64,000 bases of DNA from an uncultured Phycisphaerales bacterium (GCA_963758525.1 CAVWVQ010000003.1:3200001-3264000); one strand, 5' to 3'. Shown: positions 31,386 through 42,471, numbered from the stretch's first letter. Program-made: numbers and translations. The notes: generated by a model from the letters alone, not told the origin.

Positions 31386-31928
31386 TCAATAAGTGCGAGT
31401 ATCGCGAGTGTCCCCTGCGTTTCCGCGAACGGTCCCGCACTCGGGGCATCGTGCGCCGCTGCTGCGCAGGTCGTAGCCGCAGTGCGGGCAGCGGCCGTCG
31501 CGAAAACGGTGGAGAGTTCGCCTGTATTGGACCGCAAGGGTCACAAAGCCGACCACAGCGCTAAGTGCAATGAGCAGGCGAATGACACCGTATTTGAGGT
31601 TCAATCGACCGGCGGCAAGCGATTGATTTGAGTAGTTCAGGGATTGCGCGGACAGCGACGATTGTTGTTTGAAGAGGTCGGTGAGACACCGATTTTCAGC
31701 GGGCGTGGGGTTAGGCATTTTCACGAGCTGGAGAATCAGACTGCCGACGCTTGCCTGTTGGGGCCAGTGTTTTTTCTGTTCTGAGAAAATCTGCCCCTGC
31801 GTATGAGGAATCATCATCGACGGGATGAAGGCAGGCATGAATAGAACGAGATAGATGCCGCCGAAGATTTGCGAGCGTAGCTTGTACTTCCGCAGCAGGG
31901 GTTTTGGCAGCGAAACCTGGTTCAGCAA
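31386..31928 (-). CDS. Membrane protein with a C-terminal zinc ribbon; start uncertain, possibly frameshifted
   Basis: A TM helix followed by RCPHCGYDLRSSGARCPECG, a motif recalled as common in Phycisphaerae proteins. Confidence 0.6.
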   Translation of the reverse strand: MLNQVSLPKPLLRKYKLRSQIFGGIYLVLFMPAFIPSMMIPHTQGQIFSEQKKHWPQQASVGSLILQLVKMPNPTPAENRCLTDLFKQQSSLSAQSLNYSNQSLAAGRLNLKYGVIRLLIALSAVVGFVTLAVQYRRTLHRFRDGRCPHCGYDLRSSGARCPECGTVRGNAGDTRDTRTY

Positions 31929-32848
31929 ACTGGCTCCTCATCCCGCCTGTGAAAGCGATTACGGCAGCGATAAGCATAGTCCGCGGATCAAGGGACACTC
32001 CATGGGACGCGCTACCGGACGCAATTGCCGCGCTCTTTGAATACCTGCCGGTGCCGACCGTGGCAACGCCGCATGCAGCCGCGACTTTGGGCCGCCCGTC
32101 AGGCGGGCCCACTGTCACATTGCGAAGTTGTGCCAAATCGTGCCAAATCGTGCCACTTTGCGGGGTAAAGGGGCGATAGGTTCTTTCTATTGCGAATCCG
32201 GCCGGCAGTAAATGTCGCATCGCGAATGGTGATTTCGTCAGGTTCCTGGCATGGACCAAGCCATTGAAGAACATGAGACTTCCGGCGCGGCCGGAGACGG
32301 CGAAGCATTGGATTTTGAAAGGCGAGCGTGCGGGGATGCCCCGTTTTCAGCAAACGGCGCGCAACTGTTCGCGCGGCGTCGCGCCAGGCTGGAGCGTATC
32401 CCGCGGCATGGCGAGGAGTTGGGCGTCGGATGCGACATGCGGCGCTGCAAAAACTGTCGCGCGGGGTCACATGAGCGAGAAGAAGGCAGGAAAGGGAAGG
32501 CACGGAGGCACGAAGGAGAGACGAGAAGCGGCAGCGTCGGGAGGTGCAGATCAGTTCCGACGGAAATCCCTCGGCTTTCGGAGCGCACAATCAAGGTGGA
32601 ATCCCGAGTGCAAAATCTGTTAATGCAGGGATTGTATGAGGAAATCACGCGTGCGCAGCACTCCGGATTCCTTAGTTAGCCGCCTCGCTTGCGAGGCGTG
32701 TCTGGACGCGCCCCCTTGCCGATGGGTTCGACGGGACAGCCGCGCCGCTGGACGCGCGCGGCAAGCACGGCGGCGAAGGGCGGCTATATGGTTCGGAATG
32801 CTTCGCACGCGCCGGTTTTCACTGTAGTATGACGCTTGTGGCGGAAGA

Positions 32849-33688
32849 ATGAGCACAGCAACGATTCCCGACATTCATCTCGATTCGCTCCGGCAGCGCA
32901 TGCGCGAGCTGCGCGGGCGACTCGTGGAGCTATCCCACGCCGCGGAAACGCCGCATCTGGGCGGGGCGCTCTCGTGCGCGGAGATCATGATCTGTGCTTA
33001 TCACGGCGTCCTTCGCATCGATCCGAAGGAGCCGCTCGATCCGCTGCGGGATCGGTTTATTCTCAGCAAAGGTCACGCGGCTACCGCCCTTTACGCGACA
33101 CTCGCCAGCCGGGGGTTTTTTGATGCCGCGATGCTGGATCACTTTAACGCAGATGGAGGATGCCTTCCCGAGCAGCCGGGGTTGCAATGCGTGCCGGGAG
33201 TCGAAGCGGCCACCGGATCGCTCGGGCACGGATTGTCGCTGGCGCTGGGAATGGCCCTGGCGGGGCGGATTCAAGGGCAAAGCTACCGGTGCTTCGCGCT
33301 GTTGAGTGACGGGGAATGTCAGGAAGGATCGGTCTGGGAGGCGGCGCTGTTCGCGCCGGCGCATAGGTTGGAGAATGTGGTTGCCATCATCGACTACAAC
33401 AAATGGCAAGCGACCGGTCGCAGCAATGAGGTGATGGCGCTGAGCCCATTGCGGAAAAAGTGGGAAGCGTTCGGGTGGAGCGCATACGAGGTCGACGGTC
33501 ACGACGTCGGCGCCTTAATGAAGGTGCTCGGCAAAATTCCGGACGGCACCGGCAAACCGATCGCGATCGTCGCCAACACGATCAAGGGGAAGGGCGTTTC
33601 GTTCATGGAAGACGACAACAACTGGCACTATCGGATTCCGACCGCCGACGAAGTGAAGCTGGCCCGGAAGGAGTTGGGGCTGCCGTGA
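32849..33688 (+). CDS. Split transketolase, N-terminal ThDP-binding subunit (copy 1)
   Basis: HLGGALS, DRFILSKGH, TGSLGHG, SDGECQEG...DYN, TIKGKGVSFME. Confidence 0.93.
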   Translation: MSTATIPDIHLDSLRQRMRELRGRLVELSHAAETPHLGGALSCAEIMICAYHGVLRIDPKEPLDPLRDRFILSKGHAATALYATLASRGFFDAAMLDHFNADGGCLPEQPGLQCVPGVEAATGSLGHGLSLALGMALAGRIQGQSYRCFALLSDGECQEGSVWEAALFAPAHRLENVVAIIDYNKWQATGRSNEVMALSPLRKKWEAFGWSAYEVDGHDVGALMKVLGKIPDGTGKPIAIVANTIKGKGVSFMEDDNNWHYRIPTADEVKLARKELGLP

Positions 33689-34620
33689 GAAACGCCTTCG
33701 CCGCTGCCATCACCGCTCTTGCCGACAGCGATCCGCGCGTCGTGGTTCTCTCGGGAGACATCGGCAATCGCCTCTTCGACAAATACAAGGAGAAATTCCC
33801 CGATCGCTTCTACAACTGCGGCGTTTCCGAGGCCAACATGACCGGGATGGCCGCCGGCATGGCGCTCTGCGGGCTGAGGCCGTTCACATACACCATCACG
33901 CCCTTCGCGACGACCCGCGCGCTGGAGCAAATCCGCGTCGACGTCTGCTATCACAATGTTCCGGTGACGATCGTTGGCACCGGCAGCGGATTGTCCTATG
34001 CATCGCTCGGGCCAACGCACCACTCGTGCGAAGACGTGGCGATGTTGCGATGCCTGCCTAACATGAAAGTCATTTGCCCCGCGGATTCCGCGGAAGTCCG
34101 TGGCGTGCTCCCGGCAGTGCTCCAGCAGGACGGGCCGGCCTATATCCGCCTGGGAAAGAAGGGGGAGCCGGCCATTCACAGCGTTGATCCGGAATTCGTC
34201 ATCGGGAGAGGCATCGTCGTCAGCGAGGGGACCGACATTTGTTTTCTCGGGATGGGGAATGCGGTGATTCTCGCCGTCGAGGCGGCGGAGAAACTGCGGG
34301 CCCACGGCCTCTCCTCCAGAGTCGTCAGCCTGCACACGGTCAAACCGCTCGACGATGCGCTGCTCGACGACGCGTTCAAACGGTACAGGGCCGTCGTCGT
34401 GGTCGAAGAGCACAGCGTCATCGGCGGGTTGGGCTCGGCCGTCGCCGAATGGATCGCAACACGGCGACTCTCCGCGGCCCGGCTTCTCACCTTGGGGACA
34501 CCCGACGAATTTCTCTCCGAGGCCGGCGATCAGAAACATGCTCGCGAGCGGTTCGGGCTGACGCCGGAAGCCATCGCGGGGCGGGTGCTGGAGTTGGCGT
34601 CGGGAGCGGGAGGTTCGTGA
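33685..34620 (+). CDS. Split transketolase, pyrimidine-binding/C-terminal subunit (copy 1)
   Basis: GTGA overlap with the upstream gene; NCGVSEANM, RALEQIR, GPTHHS, YIRLGK, EEHSVIGGLG. Confidence 0.93.
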   Translation: MRNAFAAAITALADSDPRVVVLSGDIGNRLFDKYKEKFPDRFYNCGVSEANMTGMAAGMALCGLRPFTYTITPFATTRALEQIRVDVCYHNVPVTIVGTGSGLSYASLGPTHHSCEDVAMLRCLPNMKVICPADSAEVRGVLPAVLQQDGPAYIRLGKKGEPAIHSVDPEFVIGRGIVVSEGTDICFLGMGNAVILAVEAAEKLRAHGLSSRVVSLHTVKPLDDALLDDAFKRYRAVVVVEEHSVIGGLGSAVAEWIATRRLSAARLLTLGTPDEFLSEAGDQKHARERFGLTPEAIAGRVLELASGAGGS

Positions 34621-34717
34621 CGTCTTTGTTTCGAGCCGCTGCAAGAAGCGACGGGGCGCGCCGTTGCTGTTTACTTTTCTTCGCGCTGCTAAAGCCCGGC
34701 CGCGCGATCGCCCAACT

Positions 34718-34831
34718 CCCTCTCCCGGTACGCCGGGAGAGGGCCGGGGTGAGGGTGATTTCGGAGTCGAGTGCACTTGGTACTCGAAATCACCCTCATC
34801 CTAACCTTCTCCCGGCGTACCGGGAGAAGGG
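34718..34831. repeat. REP/BIME-like long inverted repeat
   Basis: CCCTCTCCCGGTACGCCGGGAGAGGGCCGGGGTGAGGGTGATTTCG paired with CGAAATCACCCTCATCCTAACCTTCTCCCGGCGTACCGGGAGAAGGG. Confidence 0.85.
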
Positions 34832-35008
34832 ACCAGAACGGGCTTTCGTCGCGCGGAGCGGAGCGCCTCCAGCAGCATTTTTCATACGTTGGACGCTATC
34901 CGTCAGGACGCGCTTACTGGACGCGCTTCGCTGCGCGGCGCGGATAAACAGGCTTCCAGACCGGTTCTGCTCATCTTCATTGTCTCGATCTCCGGCAGCG
35001 GGGCAGAC

Positions 35009-35602
35009 ATGCTGATCGGGGTCGACTTCGACAACACGATCGTCTGTTACGATCAGGTCTTCCTGTCGATCGCGCGCGAGCGCGGGCTCATTTCTCCCGA
35101 TCAGGTGCTTTCGAAACGCGAACTCCACGACTATCTCCATGGGCGCGGTCAGGCGGACGTGTGGACACAATTACAGGGAGAGGTGTACGGCCCGCTCATG
35201 CAGCGAGCGATTCCGTTTCCCGGCGTGATCGACTTCTTCAGGCGATGTCGCGTGCTGACAATTCCAGTGCGGATTATCAGTCATCGAACGCGCTATCCTT
35301 ACCTCGGCGAGAAGTACGATCTGCATCTGGCCGCGCGAAATTGGATTGCCACGCACGCGATTGGTCTGTCTTCGTCAGAGGTGTTTTTCGATGAAAGCCG
35401 ACTCGAGAAGTTGGCGCGAATCGCCCAGCAGAAATGCACGCATTTTGTGGAGGACCTCGTAGAAGTGCTCGCCGAGCCGTTGTTTCCCAAAGACGTGCAC
35501 AGGATCCTCTTCGACCCTAACCATCTTCACGGTGATTTTGCTCTGGCGGAGCGCGTGGAGTCCTGGGCGATGATTGAGTCGCTGCTGCTGCCCGCCCGAT
35601 GA
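35009..35602 (+). CDS. HAD-superfamily hydrolase
   Basis: Motif I IGVDFDNT, motif II IISH and motif IV FVEDL. Confidence 0.8.
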   Translation: MLIGVDFDNTIVCYDQVFLSIARERGLISPDQVLSKRELHDYLHGRGQADVWTQLQGEVYGPLMQRAIPFPGVIDFFRRCRVLTIPVRIISHRTRYPYLGEKYDLHLAARNWIATHAIGLSSSEVFFDESRLEKLARIAQQKCTHFVEDLVEVLAEPLFPKDVHRILFDPNHLHGDFALAERVESWAMIESLLLPAR

Positions 35603-36624
35603 ACGTGTGCGAGTTTCAGATGATCCGTGGTTACGAAAAAATCCCCGCGCTCCTCGCCAGCGCCGGCTTGAGCGGCGCCTTTCAGCTCACGGATTTGCCG
35701 GGTGGCGGGAACAATAAGGTGTTTCGACTCGAGTGCGCCGGAAGCAAGGCATTACTGAAGGTCTACTTTCGCGATCCCGGCGACGCACGAGACCGGCTTG
35801 GGGCTGAGTTTTCCTTCTGCACGTTCGCATGGAACGCCGGTCTTCGGCAGATTCCGCAGCCGTTGGCGCAGGACCCGGCGGAGGGTTTGGGCCTATACGA
35901 GTTTCTGGACGGCCGACCGCCGGGCGACGGTGAGGTAGACGAGCGCGCCGTTGAGCAGGGAGTGGCGTTCTTTCGTGATCTGAATCGTCAAAGGTCGCTT
36001 CCGGCGGCGCAGTCGCTGCGTCCAGGGTCCGAGGCGTGCTTTACGATGGCTGAGCACCTGGATTGTGTCGATCGGCGGATCAAGCGTTTCGAACAACTGG
36101 ATCGCACAACGCCGACGGGCCAGGAAGCACGCTCGCTGGTCGATAGCCGGCTCATCCCAGCGTGGAGCAGAATCCGTGCTAGCGTGATCGCCGGTGGCGT
36201 TGCGATAAACGACGCGCTGCGGCCGGGCGATCGATGCCTGTCGCCATCGGATTTTGGTTTTCACAATACGATCGCCGACGGAACGGGCCGATTAAAATTT
36301 ATCGATTTTGAATATTCCGGCTGGGACGACCCGGCGAAGACCGTCTGCGATTTTTTCTCTCAGCCGGATGTCGTGGTGCCGATGAAGTTTTTCGATTCGG
36401 TGTCGCGGGCGTTTGTGCAGGAGTTGTCGGACCCAGCGGGGCATCTTCGGCGGATCGCCTTGTTGCTGCCTGTTTACCGTGTAAAGTGGTGCTGCATCAT
36501 GCTCAATGAGTTTTTGCCGGTTGGCAGCCGGCGCCGGTCCTTTGCGAGAGATCCCGCCGGCGAGGAGCAGCGCAGAGCAACGCAGCTTGGAAAAGTTCGA
36601 CTGGCGTTGGACGCGATTCGGTAG
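35599..36624 (+). CDS. APH/choline-kinase-like phosphotransferase
   Basis: GGGNNKVF, LLKVY, SPSDFGFHN (Brenner-like motif), IDFEYSGWDD. Confidence 0.82.
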   Translation: MNVCEFQMIRGYEKIPALLASAGLSGAFQLTDLPGGGNNKVFRLECAGSKALLKVYFRDPGDARDRLGAEFSFCTFAWNAGLRQIPQPLAQDPAEGLGLYEFLDGRPPGDGEVDERAVEQGVAFFRDLNRQRSLPAAQSLRPGSEACFTMAEHLDCVDRRIKRFEQLDRTTPTGQEARSLVDSRLIPAWSRIRASVIAGGVAINDALRPGDRCLSPSDFGFHNTIADGTGRLKFIDFEYSGWDDPAKTVCDFFSQPDVVVPMKFFDSVSRAFVQELSDPAGHLRRIALLLPVYRVKWCCIMLNEFLPVGSRRRSFARDPAGEEQRRATQLGKVRLALDAIR

Positions 36625-36712
36625 GGAAGGATCGTCGCGCCGGTTCGAGAACGGCTGGGGATGGAAAGGTTGGCGGGATGAATCCCGCCCTACTTGGAGT
36701 TAAGAAGAAACC

Positions 36713-37375
36713 ATGGCTTATGTCGATTTTCTCACCGTCATTCATAAGGCGACCAAACGGGATTATGTCGCGCGCGTCACGGAATACTCCAAGGCCGAAG
36801 CCGCCAAGGCAGCCAAGAAGTGGGACTACGATTACTGGGACGGCAGCCGCCATACCGGGTATGGCGGATATAAATATGACGGGCGGTGGCGCAAGGTCGC
36901 CGATGCGATGGTCGCGCACTACGGCCTCAAAGCCGGCGATAAAGTGCTCGACGTCGGCTGCGGGAAGGCGTTTTTACTCTACGACCTGATGCAGGCGGTG
37001 CCGGGCCTGGAAGTGGCGGGCATCGACGTCTCGAGATACGGTCTCGAGCATGCAATGCCGGACGTGAAGCCGTTTCTACAGTACGCAAATGCGACGAAGC
37101 TCCCATTCCCCGACAAGAGCTTCGACTATGTCTTCTCGATCAACACGTTTCACAATCTCTTCAACTACGAGTTATACGAGGCGTTGAAGGAAGTCGAGCG
37201 GGTGGGGCGGAAGCATAAATACATCTGCGTCGAATCGTGGCGCAACGAAGAGGAGAAGGCGAATCTGCTCTACTGGCAGCTCACCTGCGAGACGTTCGGA
37301 ACGCCGGCGGAGTGGGAGTGGTGGCACAAGCACGCGGGGTACACCGGCGATCATTCGTTTATCTATTTTGAGTAG
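36713..37375 (+). CDS. Class I SAM-dependent methyltransferase
   Basis: VLDVGCGKAF, GIDVS, LPFPDKSFD. Confidence 0.9.
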   Translation: MAYVDFLTVIHKATKRDYVARVTEYSKAEAAKAAKKWDYDYWDGSRHTGYGGYKYDGRWRKVADAMVAHYGLKAGDKVLDVGCGKAFLLYDLMQAVPGLEVAGIDVSRYGLEHAMPDVKPFLQYANATKLPFPDKSFDYVFSINTFHNLFNYELYEALKEVERVGRKHKYICVESWRNEEEKANLLYWQLTCETFGTPAEWEWWHKHAGYTGDHSFIYFE

Positions 37376-37380
37376 GTGCG

Positions 37381-38427
37381 TTGATGAAGGGTTTGGCGGC
37401 AGTGCTGGTTGAGTTGAAGAAGCCGTTGGTGCTGGAGGAAATTGAGATTCCTCCGCTGCGCTTCGGTCAGGTTCTGGTGCGCGTGCAGTGCAGCGGTATC
37501 TGCGGCGCGCAGATCGGCGAGATCAACGGCGTGAAGGGGCCTGACAAATTCCTTCCACACCTCCTCGGCCACGAAGGGACCGCGACGGTTCTCGAAACCG
37601 GCGAAGGCGTGCGCCGGGTTAAGCCGGGTGACACAGTCGTCATGCACTGGCGCAAGGCGGCCGGGATCGACGCGCCAACGCCGGCGTATCAATCGAAGCT
37701 CGGGAAGATCAACTCGGGATGGGTGACGACATTTAATCAGATGGCGATCGTCTCGGAGAATCGACTGACGCCGATTCCCAAGGACTTCGATCCCGAAGTC
37801 GCGGCGCTGTTCGGCTGCGCCGTCACTACCGCGTTCGGCGTGATCAACAACAACGCGCAACTGAAGATCGGCCAGTCGATCGTGGTCTTCGGCGCCGGGG
37901 GAGTGGGCTTGAACATCGTGCAGGGAGCGGCGATGGTCGGCGCCAATCCGATTATCGCAGTCGATCTGTATGACAACCGTCTCGAACTGGCCAAACGCCT
38001 TGGCGCGACGCACGCAATCAATTCGAAGGCCCTCGATGCGGAATCGGAGATTCGCAAAATCGTCGGAAACGAAGGCGTTGATGTCGCCGTCGATAACACG
38101 GGCAACGTCAAGGTGATCGAGCTGCTCTATCGACTCACCAGCGCGAGCGGCCGAACGATTCTGGTTGGCGTGCCGCCGAAGGAGAGCACGGCATCAATCT
38201 ATACGCTGCCGTTGCATTTCGAGAAGAGCCTCTTCGGTTCCCACGGCGGCGAGTGTCAGCCAGACGTCGACATCCCGCGATACGTGAGGCTCTGCCAGGC
38301 GGGAAAACTGAAACTGAAGGAGGTCGTTGGCAAACGCTACGCGCTGACCGAGATCAACCAGGCCATTTCTGACATGGCCGACGGCAGCATCGCCGGCCGG
38401 GCGATCATCGACATGCATACGAACTAG
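37381..38427 (+). CDS. Zinc-binding MDR alcohol dehydrogenase
   Basis: SGICG, GHEG, GCAVTT, GAGGVG. The four-Cys structural zinc lobe is absent. Confidence 0.9.
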   Translation: MMKGLAAVLVELKKPLVLEEIEIPPLRFGQVLVRVQCSGICGAQIGEINGVKGPDKFLPHLLGHEGTATVLETGEGVRRVKPGDTVVMHWRKAAGIDAPTPAYQSKLGKINSGWVTTFNQMAIVSENRLTPIPKDFDPEVAALFGCAVTTAFGVINNNAQLKIGQSIVVFGAGGVGLNIVQGAAMVGANPIIAVDLYDNRLELAKRLGATHAINSKALDAESEIRKIVGNEGVDVAVDNTGNVKVIELLYRLTSASGRTILVGVPPKESTASIYTLPLHFEKSLFGSHGGECQPDVDIPRYVRLCQAGKLKLKEVVGKRYALTEINQAISDMADGSIAGRAIIDMHTN

Positions 38428-38507
38428 ACGTGGTCAGGACTGCAACCCACGCGATCACACCGAGCACGTCCGGCGCGGTGCGATGACGAATTATCGCGAC
38501 GCGGAGC

Positions 38508-40255
38508 TCACTTTTCGACGGCATTGCGGGGTGTGTTGCTCTCGTTGATTGGCAGCGGCTTGTCGTTATAGAGTGCGAAGTGCGGCTGGGCGTCTGGCCC
38601 CTTCGCATAATCGATAATGCCATAAAACGGAGTGCGGTCAGGGTATTCGCTCAGCAATCTCTCGTTCTCCTCCCGACCCAAGTCGTGGACCCAGAGCACC
38701 GGCGCATTCGCCAAATCTGGAGAGTTGTAGTTCCAATCCTCAAACGCAAAGATCTTGCGCGGATCGAAGCTATAGCGGACGAAGACAATCGCCTTTCCTT
38801 TGCTGAGCGCCTGCAGCGTCGCCTCCGCTTCCGGCCGGCGCTGGATCGGGGTGGACGGCTCTTCCCATTTCCGACTCCGCGCCAGCGATACTCCGAATCC
38901 GATGAAAAAGATCACACTCGCCACAGGGAGCGTGCGTGACAGAAACCTTCCCGCGATACGCAGCCGCATATTGGATCCCGCCCGCATATGGCGAATGCAT
39001 TGAACGAGGAGTCCGAAAAATGAGCCGATTTGCGGGGCCGCGTAGTGGAGTGAGGCCGAGTTCTCCACGAGGAGGAGCAAGAGCATGATCAAGATACTGA
39101 CGAGCATCAGCCGGACCCTGCCGTCACGCAGCGTCAGAGGAATCATCAGCAGGGGCATGGCAAGCAGGAGGCCGAGCACCTCGTGGTCGGCAGTGTCGAC
39201 ATAGGACCAGCGATCGCTCAGATAGCGAGCGCAGGATCGTCGAAAGACCGCCGGCTCCCAAATCGCGTATTGGTACGCCATGTCATCACTTGTGTAGGGA
39301 ATCTTCCGATTGTCCAAACTTCCCGTCAGCAACATCGGCACATGCGCGTACTGCCGGGCGAACTCCCTGTGCGGCATGACGAGCGCGTTTCCCGTGACGC
39401 GGTAGTTGTAGTAACCCATCAACGTCGCACCGATTGTCAGGCAGCATGCGATCGGCGCGGCAACGCCGATCAATCTCGCCCGCATCGGCACCGTCGTCTG
39501 ATTCTTGAAGAGCCAGTGCATCAGCGCGACGCCCACTGGAATCGAGCTGATCGCTCCTTCCAGGGGACGCGTATTTCCGAGGAGGAGCAGTCCCACACCG
39601 ATCGCCCACGCATAGCTGAGTTGGCCTCGCCTGACGATGCGTGGATAGGCTCCCATGACCAGGCAGCCGCCGATGGCGGCGACAGCGCCTCCCCAGTAGC
39701 TGTTCATCCAGTACGAATAGATGGACAGACGAATCAGGCAGAGCAGTCCGCCCAGCAGCGCCATCGCGCCGGCATCCATCCCTGCAGCATCCAGCAGATG
39801 GATCCCGCCATTGCGGCGCAGCTCAGAAGCACACCAAACCATGGATGGCCCAGCAGCTTGCCAAGCGCCAGCACCATTGCCTGCCCCGGCGGATATCTCG
39901 ATTGGAACGAGGGCGTGACCAGGATGTGCGGCGCTTCGAAGAACCGTGGGTACTTTGGCGACGGATTGGACAATCTGCCCGCGGCAAACGTCTCGGCGCC
40001 GAGCAGATATGAGAATTCGTCCTGTATTCGCGGGCGAGGGATGCTCCAGATCGAAAGTGTTCCCACGCGGATCGCCAGCACCGTTGCCGCGATCAGGCTG
40101 CAGCAAAGAACGCGGCGAAGGGCGATACGCGACGCCAGCCGCTCCAAATGCTTCGAGAAGCGTTCGTCGACGTTCGGTGCAGCAAAGGCGACGACTACCG
40201 CAACTGCAGTAAGCGCGATGGCAACACCGATTTCCAACGCAATCGAAGCGAACAT
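38508..40255 (-). CDS. Polytopic membrane protein, GT-C-like; frameshift at ~39760
   Basis: PRIQDEFSYLLGAETF (acidic DE loop after TM1) and SRYPPGQ. WMPARW joins ALLGGL...YWMNSYWGG. Multiple TM segments. Confidence 0.7.
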
Positions 40256-40419
40256 AGCTCACGTCATTACAATTCGCAGCTTAACGGAGTTGACTGACCC
40301 GAGCCAACGGAACGACCGGGTCGGCGGTGATGCAACTCGGCATTGTTGTCGCGAGATAAGGCTCTCCATAAGATGCCACCGGGATACTCGCCCGGCTTGC
40401 ACTTGCATCGTCTAAAGTA

Positions 40420-41280
40420 ATGGCAGCGGAAGAAAAGATACTCGTTGTAGGCGGCTCGGGAATAATCGGGCGGAGCCTTGCCGACCATCTCGCTCAAAGC
40501 GGTAGATCGGTCGTGCGAACCACGAGGAAGCGAGAGCCAGGTTGGCTAACGTTCGATCTTTCTGGTGACAGATTCTCCGAAAATGACCTGAGCGGAATTA
40601 CAGTCGCATATATCTGCGCCGGAGTCACTGCGCTCGAGCAATGCAGAAAGTATCCGGCGGAGACGCGTGCAGTAAACGTTGTCGGCACGCTCAGGCTGGT
40701 GGACATGCTGGTGAGCAGGGGAGTCTTCGTGGTGTTTCTGTCGTCGAATCTCGTCTTCGACGGGTCATCGCCGCATATGAGCCCTGACGCGCAGACAAAT
40801 CCGCTGACGGAATACGGCCGTCAGAAGGCGGAGGCGGAAAGACAACTGCTTCAATACGGCGGACGCTGCTGCGTCGCACGGCTGACAAAAGTGCTTGGCC
40901 CCGGTAACAGCTTGCTCTGCGGTTGGCGCGACGCGATGCTGCGAGGCGTATCAGTGCGACCGTTTTGCGACATGGTCATGGCACCGGTATCCCTCGATTT
41001 TGCCGTCAGAGCAGTTGCGTTGATCGGCTTGCGACGGGACGCGGGCATAATCCAGGTGTCGGCGCGGCAGGATGTCACTTATGAGCAGGCGGCCCGCCAC
41101 CTGGCGACCCGGCTTGACCTGCCGGGGGATGTGATCTCGCCGCTTCATGTGGCGGATTCAGGATTGGCGCCCGAATCAGTGCCTGCGCACACGACCCTGG
41201 ACACGAGTCGATTATCGTCGGATTATGGCATGAGTGCGCCCCAACCTTGGACGGCCATAGAGAGGGCAATCGGGAGATGA
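40420..41280 (+). CDS. RmlD-like NDP-4-keto-sugar reductase (SDR)
   Basis: GGSGIIG, SSNLVFDG, YGRQKAEAE. Confidence 0.85.
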   Translation: MAAEEKILVVGGSGIIGRSLADHLAQSGRSVVRTTRKREPGWLTFDLSGDRFSENDLSGITVAYICAGVTALEQCRKYPAETRAVNVVGTLRLVDMLVSRGVFVVFLSSNLVFDGSSPHMSPDAQTNPLTEYGRQKAEAERQLLQYGGRCCVARLTKVLGPGNSLLCGWRDAMLRGVSVRPFCDMVMAPVSLDFAVRAVALIGLRRDAGIIQVSARQDVTYEQAARHLATRLDLPGDVISPLHVADSGLAPESVPAHTTLDTSRLSSDYGMSAPQPWTAIERAIGR

Positions 41281-42452
41281 ATGAGACGGAGCAGCATACA
41301 AGTGAGCAGACCGCGCAATGTTGCGTGTGCTGTTGGACAGCATTGAGCGAGGTAATCGCCTATCGCTCGTTTCGCCGCGTGACTTCGGATTGCCGGCCAT
41401 GGCCGGCAGGCGGCCGGCTGGCGGTGTGTGCGCGGTGCGGTTGTGTGCAGGGCATTCCCGACGAGACATTTGTTCGCGAGATCAATGCCATTTACACGTC
41501 CTACGCAATCTACCATCAGAGCCAAGGTGAGGAGCAGACGGCGTTCGACACATGCACGGGAGCTGCGGCCCCGCGCTCGCGGCGATTGCTGAGTCGATTC
41601 CTCGAACGAGTAAAGCTGCCGATGACGGGCCGCATGCTCGACGTCGGATGCGGAAATGGGGCGACGCTCAAAGCGTTCAGCCACATTCGTCCGGCTTGGT
41701 CATTGGTGGGAACGGAACTGAATGAGAAATATCGATCGGATGTGGAGGCGATTGCAGGGCAGGACGGCTTCTACACGAGTGCGCTTGAGGCGGTTCCCGG
41801 CGATTTCGATCTGATTTCGATGATCCACGTCATTGAACATGTGGTTAACCCCTTGGAGCTTCTCAAAGGCCTCCGATCGAAGTTGCGTCCCGGAGCCAGG
41901 CTGCTCGTTGAGGTGCCGAGCTACCGTCAGAACCCATTTGAGCTTCTCATTGCCGATCACCGAACGCATTTTGACGCACCGAGCCTTTCATTGCTTCTGG
42001 AGCGTGCCGGCTACGCGGTCGAAGTGGTCGCCGAAGACTGGGTGGCGAAGGAACTGAGTGTTGTCGGCCGAGTGAACGGAGGAGGCACTACTTCCTCAGC
42101 TCGCTCGACCAGTGCATCTGTCGACTGCGGATCGCTGGAGCCCAAACTGCTCTGGCTCGCGAGCGTGGTGGCGGCGTGGCGATCTCTGGCGGCGAGCCGC
42201 CCTATCGGAATATTCGGGACGTCGATTGCTGCGACTTGGCTTGCGTCTGAGTTGGAAGGCGCAGCCGCCTTTTTTGTGGACGAGGATGAAGCGCGAATTG
42301 GCAAGCAGTTCATGCGGCGCCCAATTCTACACCCCCGTCAACTTATTGAAGGAAGCGAGGTTTTTCTGGCGTTGCCGACGAATTTGGCGGAATCAGTCGC
42401 CCACCGTCTGCAACGGGCGGGCGTCAGGTATCACATCCCGCCGCACGCGTGA
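41277..42452 (+). CDS. SAM-dependent methyltransferase with an N-terminal Zn-binding motif
   Basis: CxxC...CxxC, LDVGCGNG, HVIEHV, C-terminal FGTS...VDED. Confidence 0.85.
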   Translation: MNETEQHTSEQTAQCCVCCWTALSEVIAYRSFRRVTSDCRPWPAGGRLAVCARCGCVQGIPDETFVREINAIYTSYAIYHQSQGEEQTAFDTCTGAAAPRSRRLLSRFLERVKLPMTGRMLDVGCGNGATLKAFSHIRPAWSLVGTELNEKYRSDVEAIAGQDGFYTSALEAVPGDFDLISMIHVIEHVVNPLELLKGLRSKLRPGARLLVEVPSYRQNPFELLIADHRTHFDAPSLSLLLERAGYAVEVVAEDWVAKELSVVGRVNGGGTTSSARSTSASVDCGSLEPKLLWLASVVAAWRSLAASRPIGIFGTSIAATWLASELEGAAAFFVDEDEARIGKQFMRRPILHPRQLIEGSEVFLALPTNLAESVAHRLQRAGVRYHIPPHA

Positions 42453-42471
42453 CTGTCGAGAGCGGGCTTCA

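Noticed and set aside
32849..34620. Calling the split transketolases tkt or dxs
   Set aside because: Two diverged pairs embedded in sugar-modification operons; a housekeeping role is not supported.
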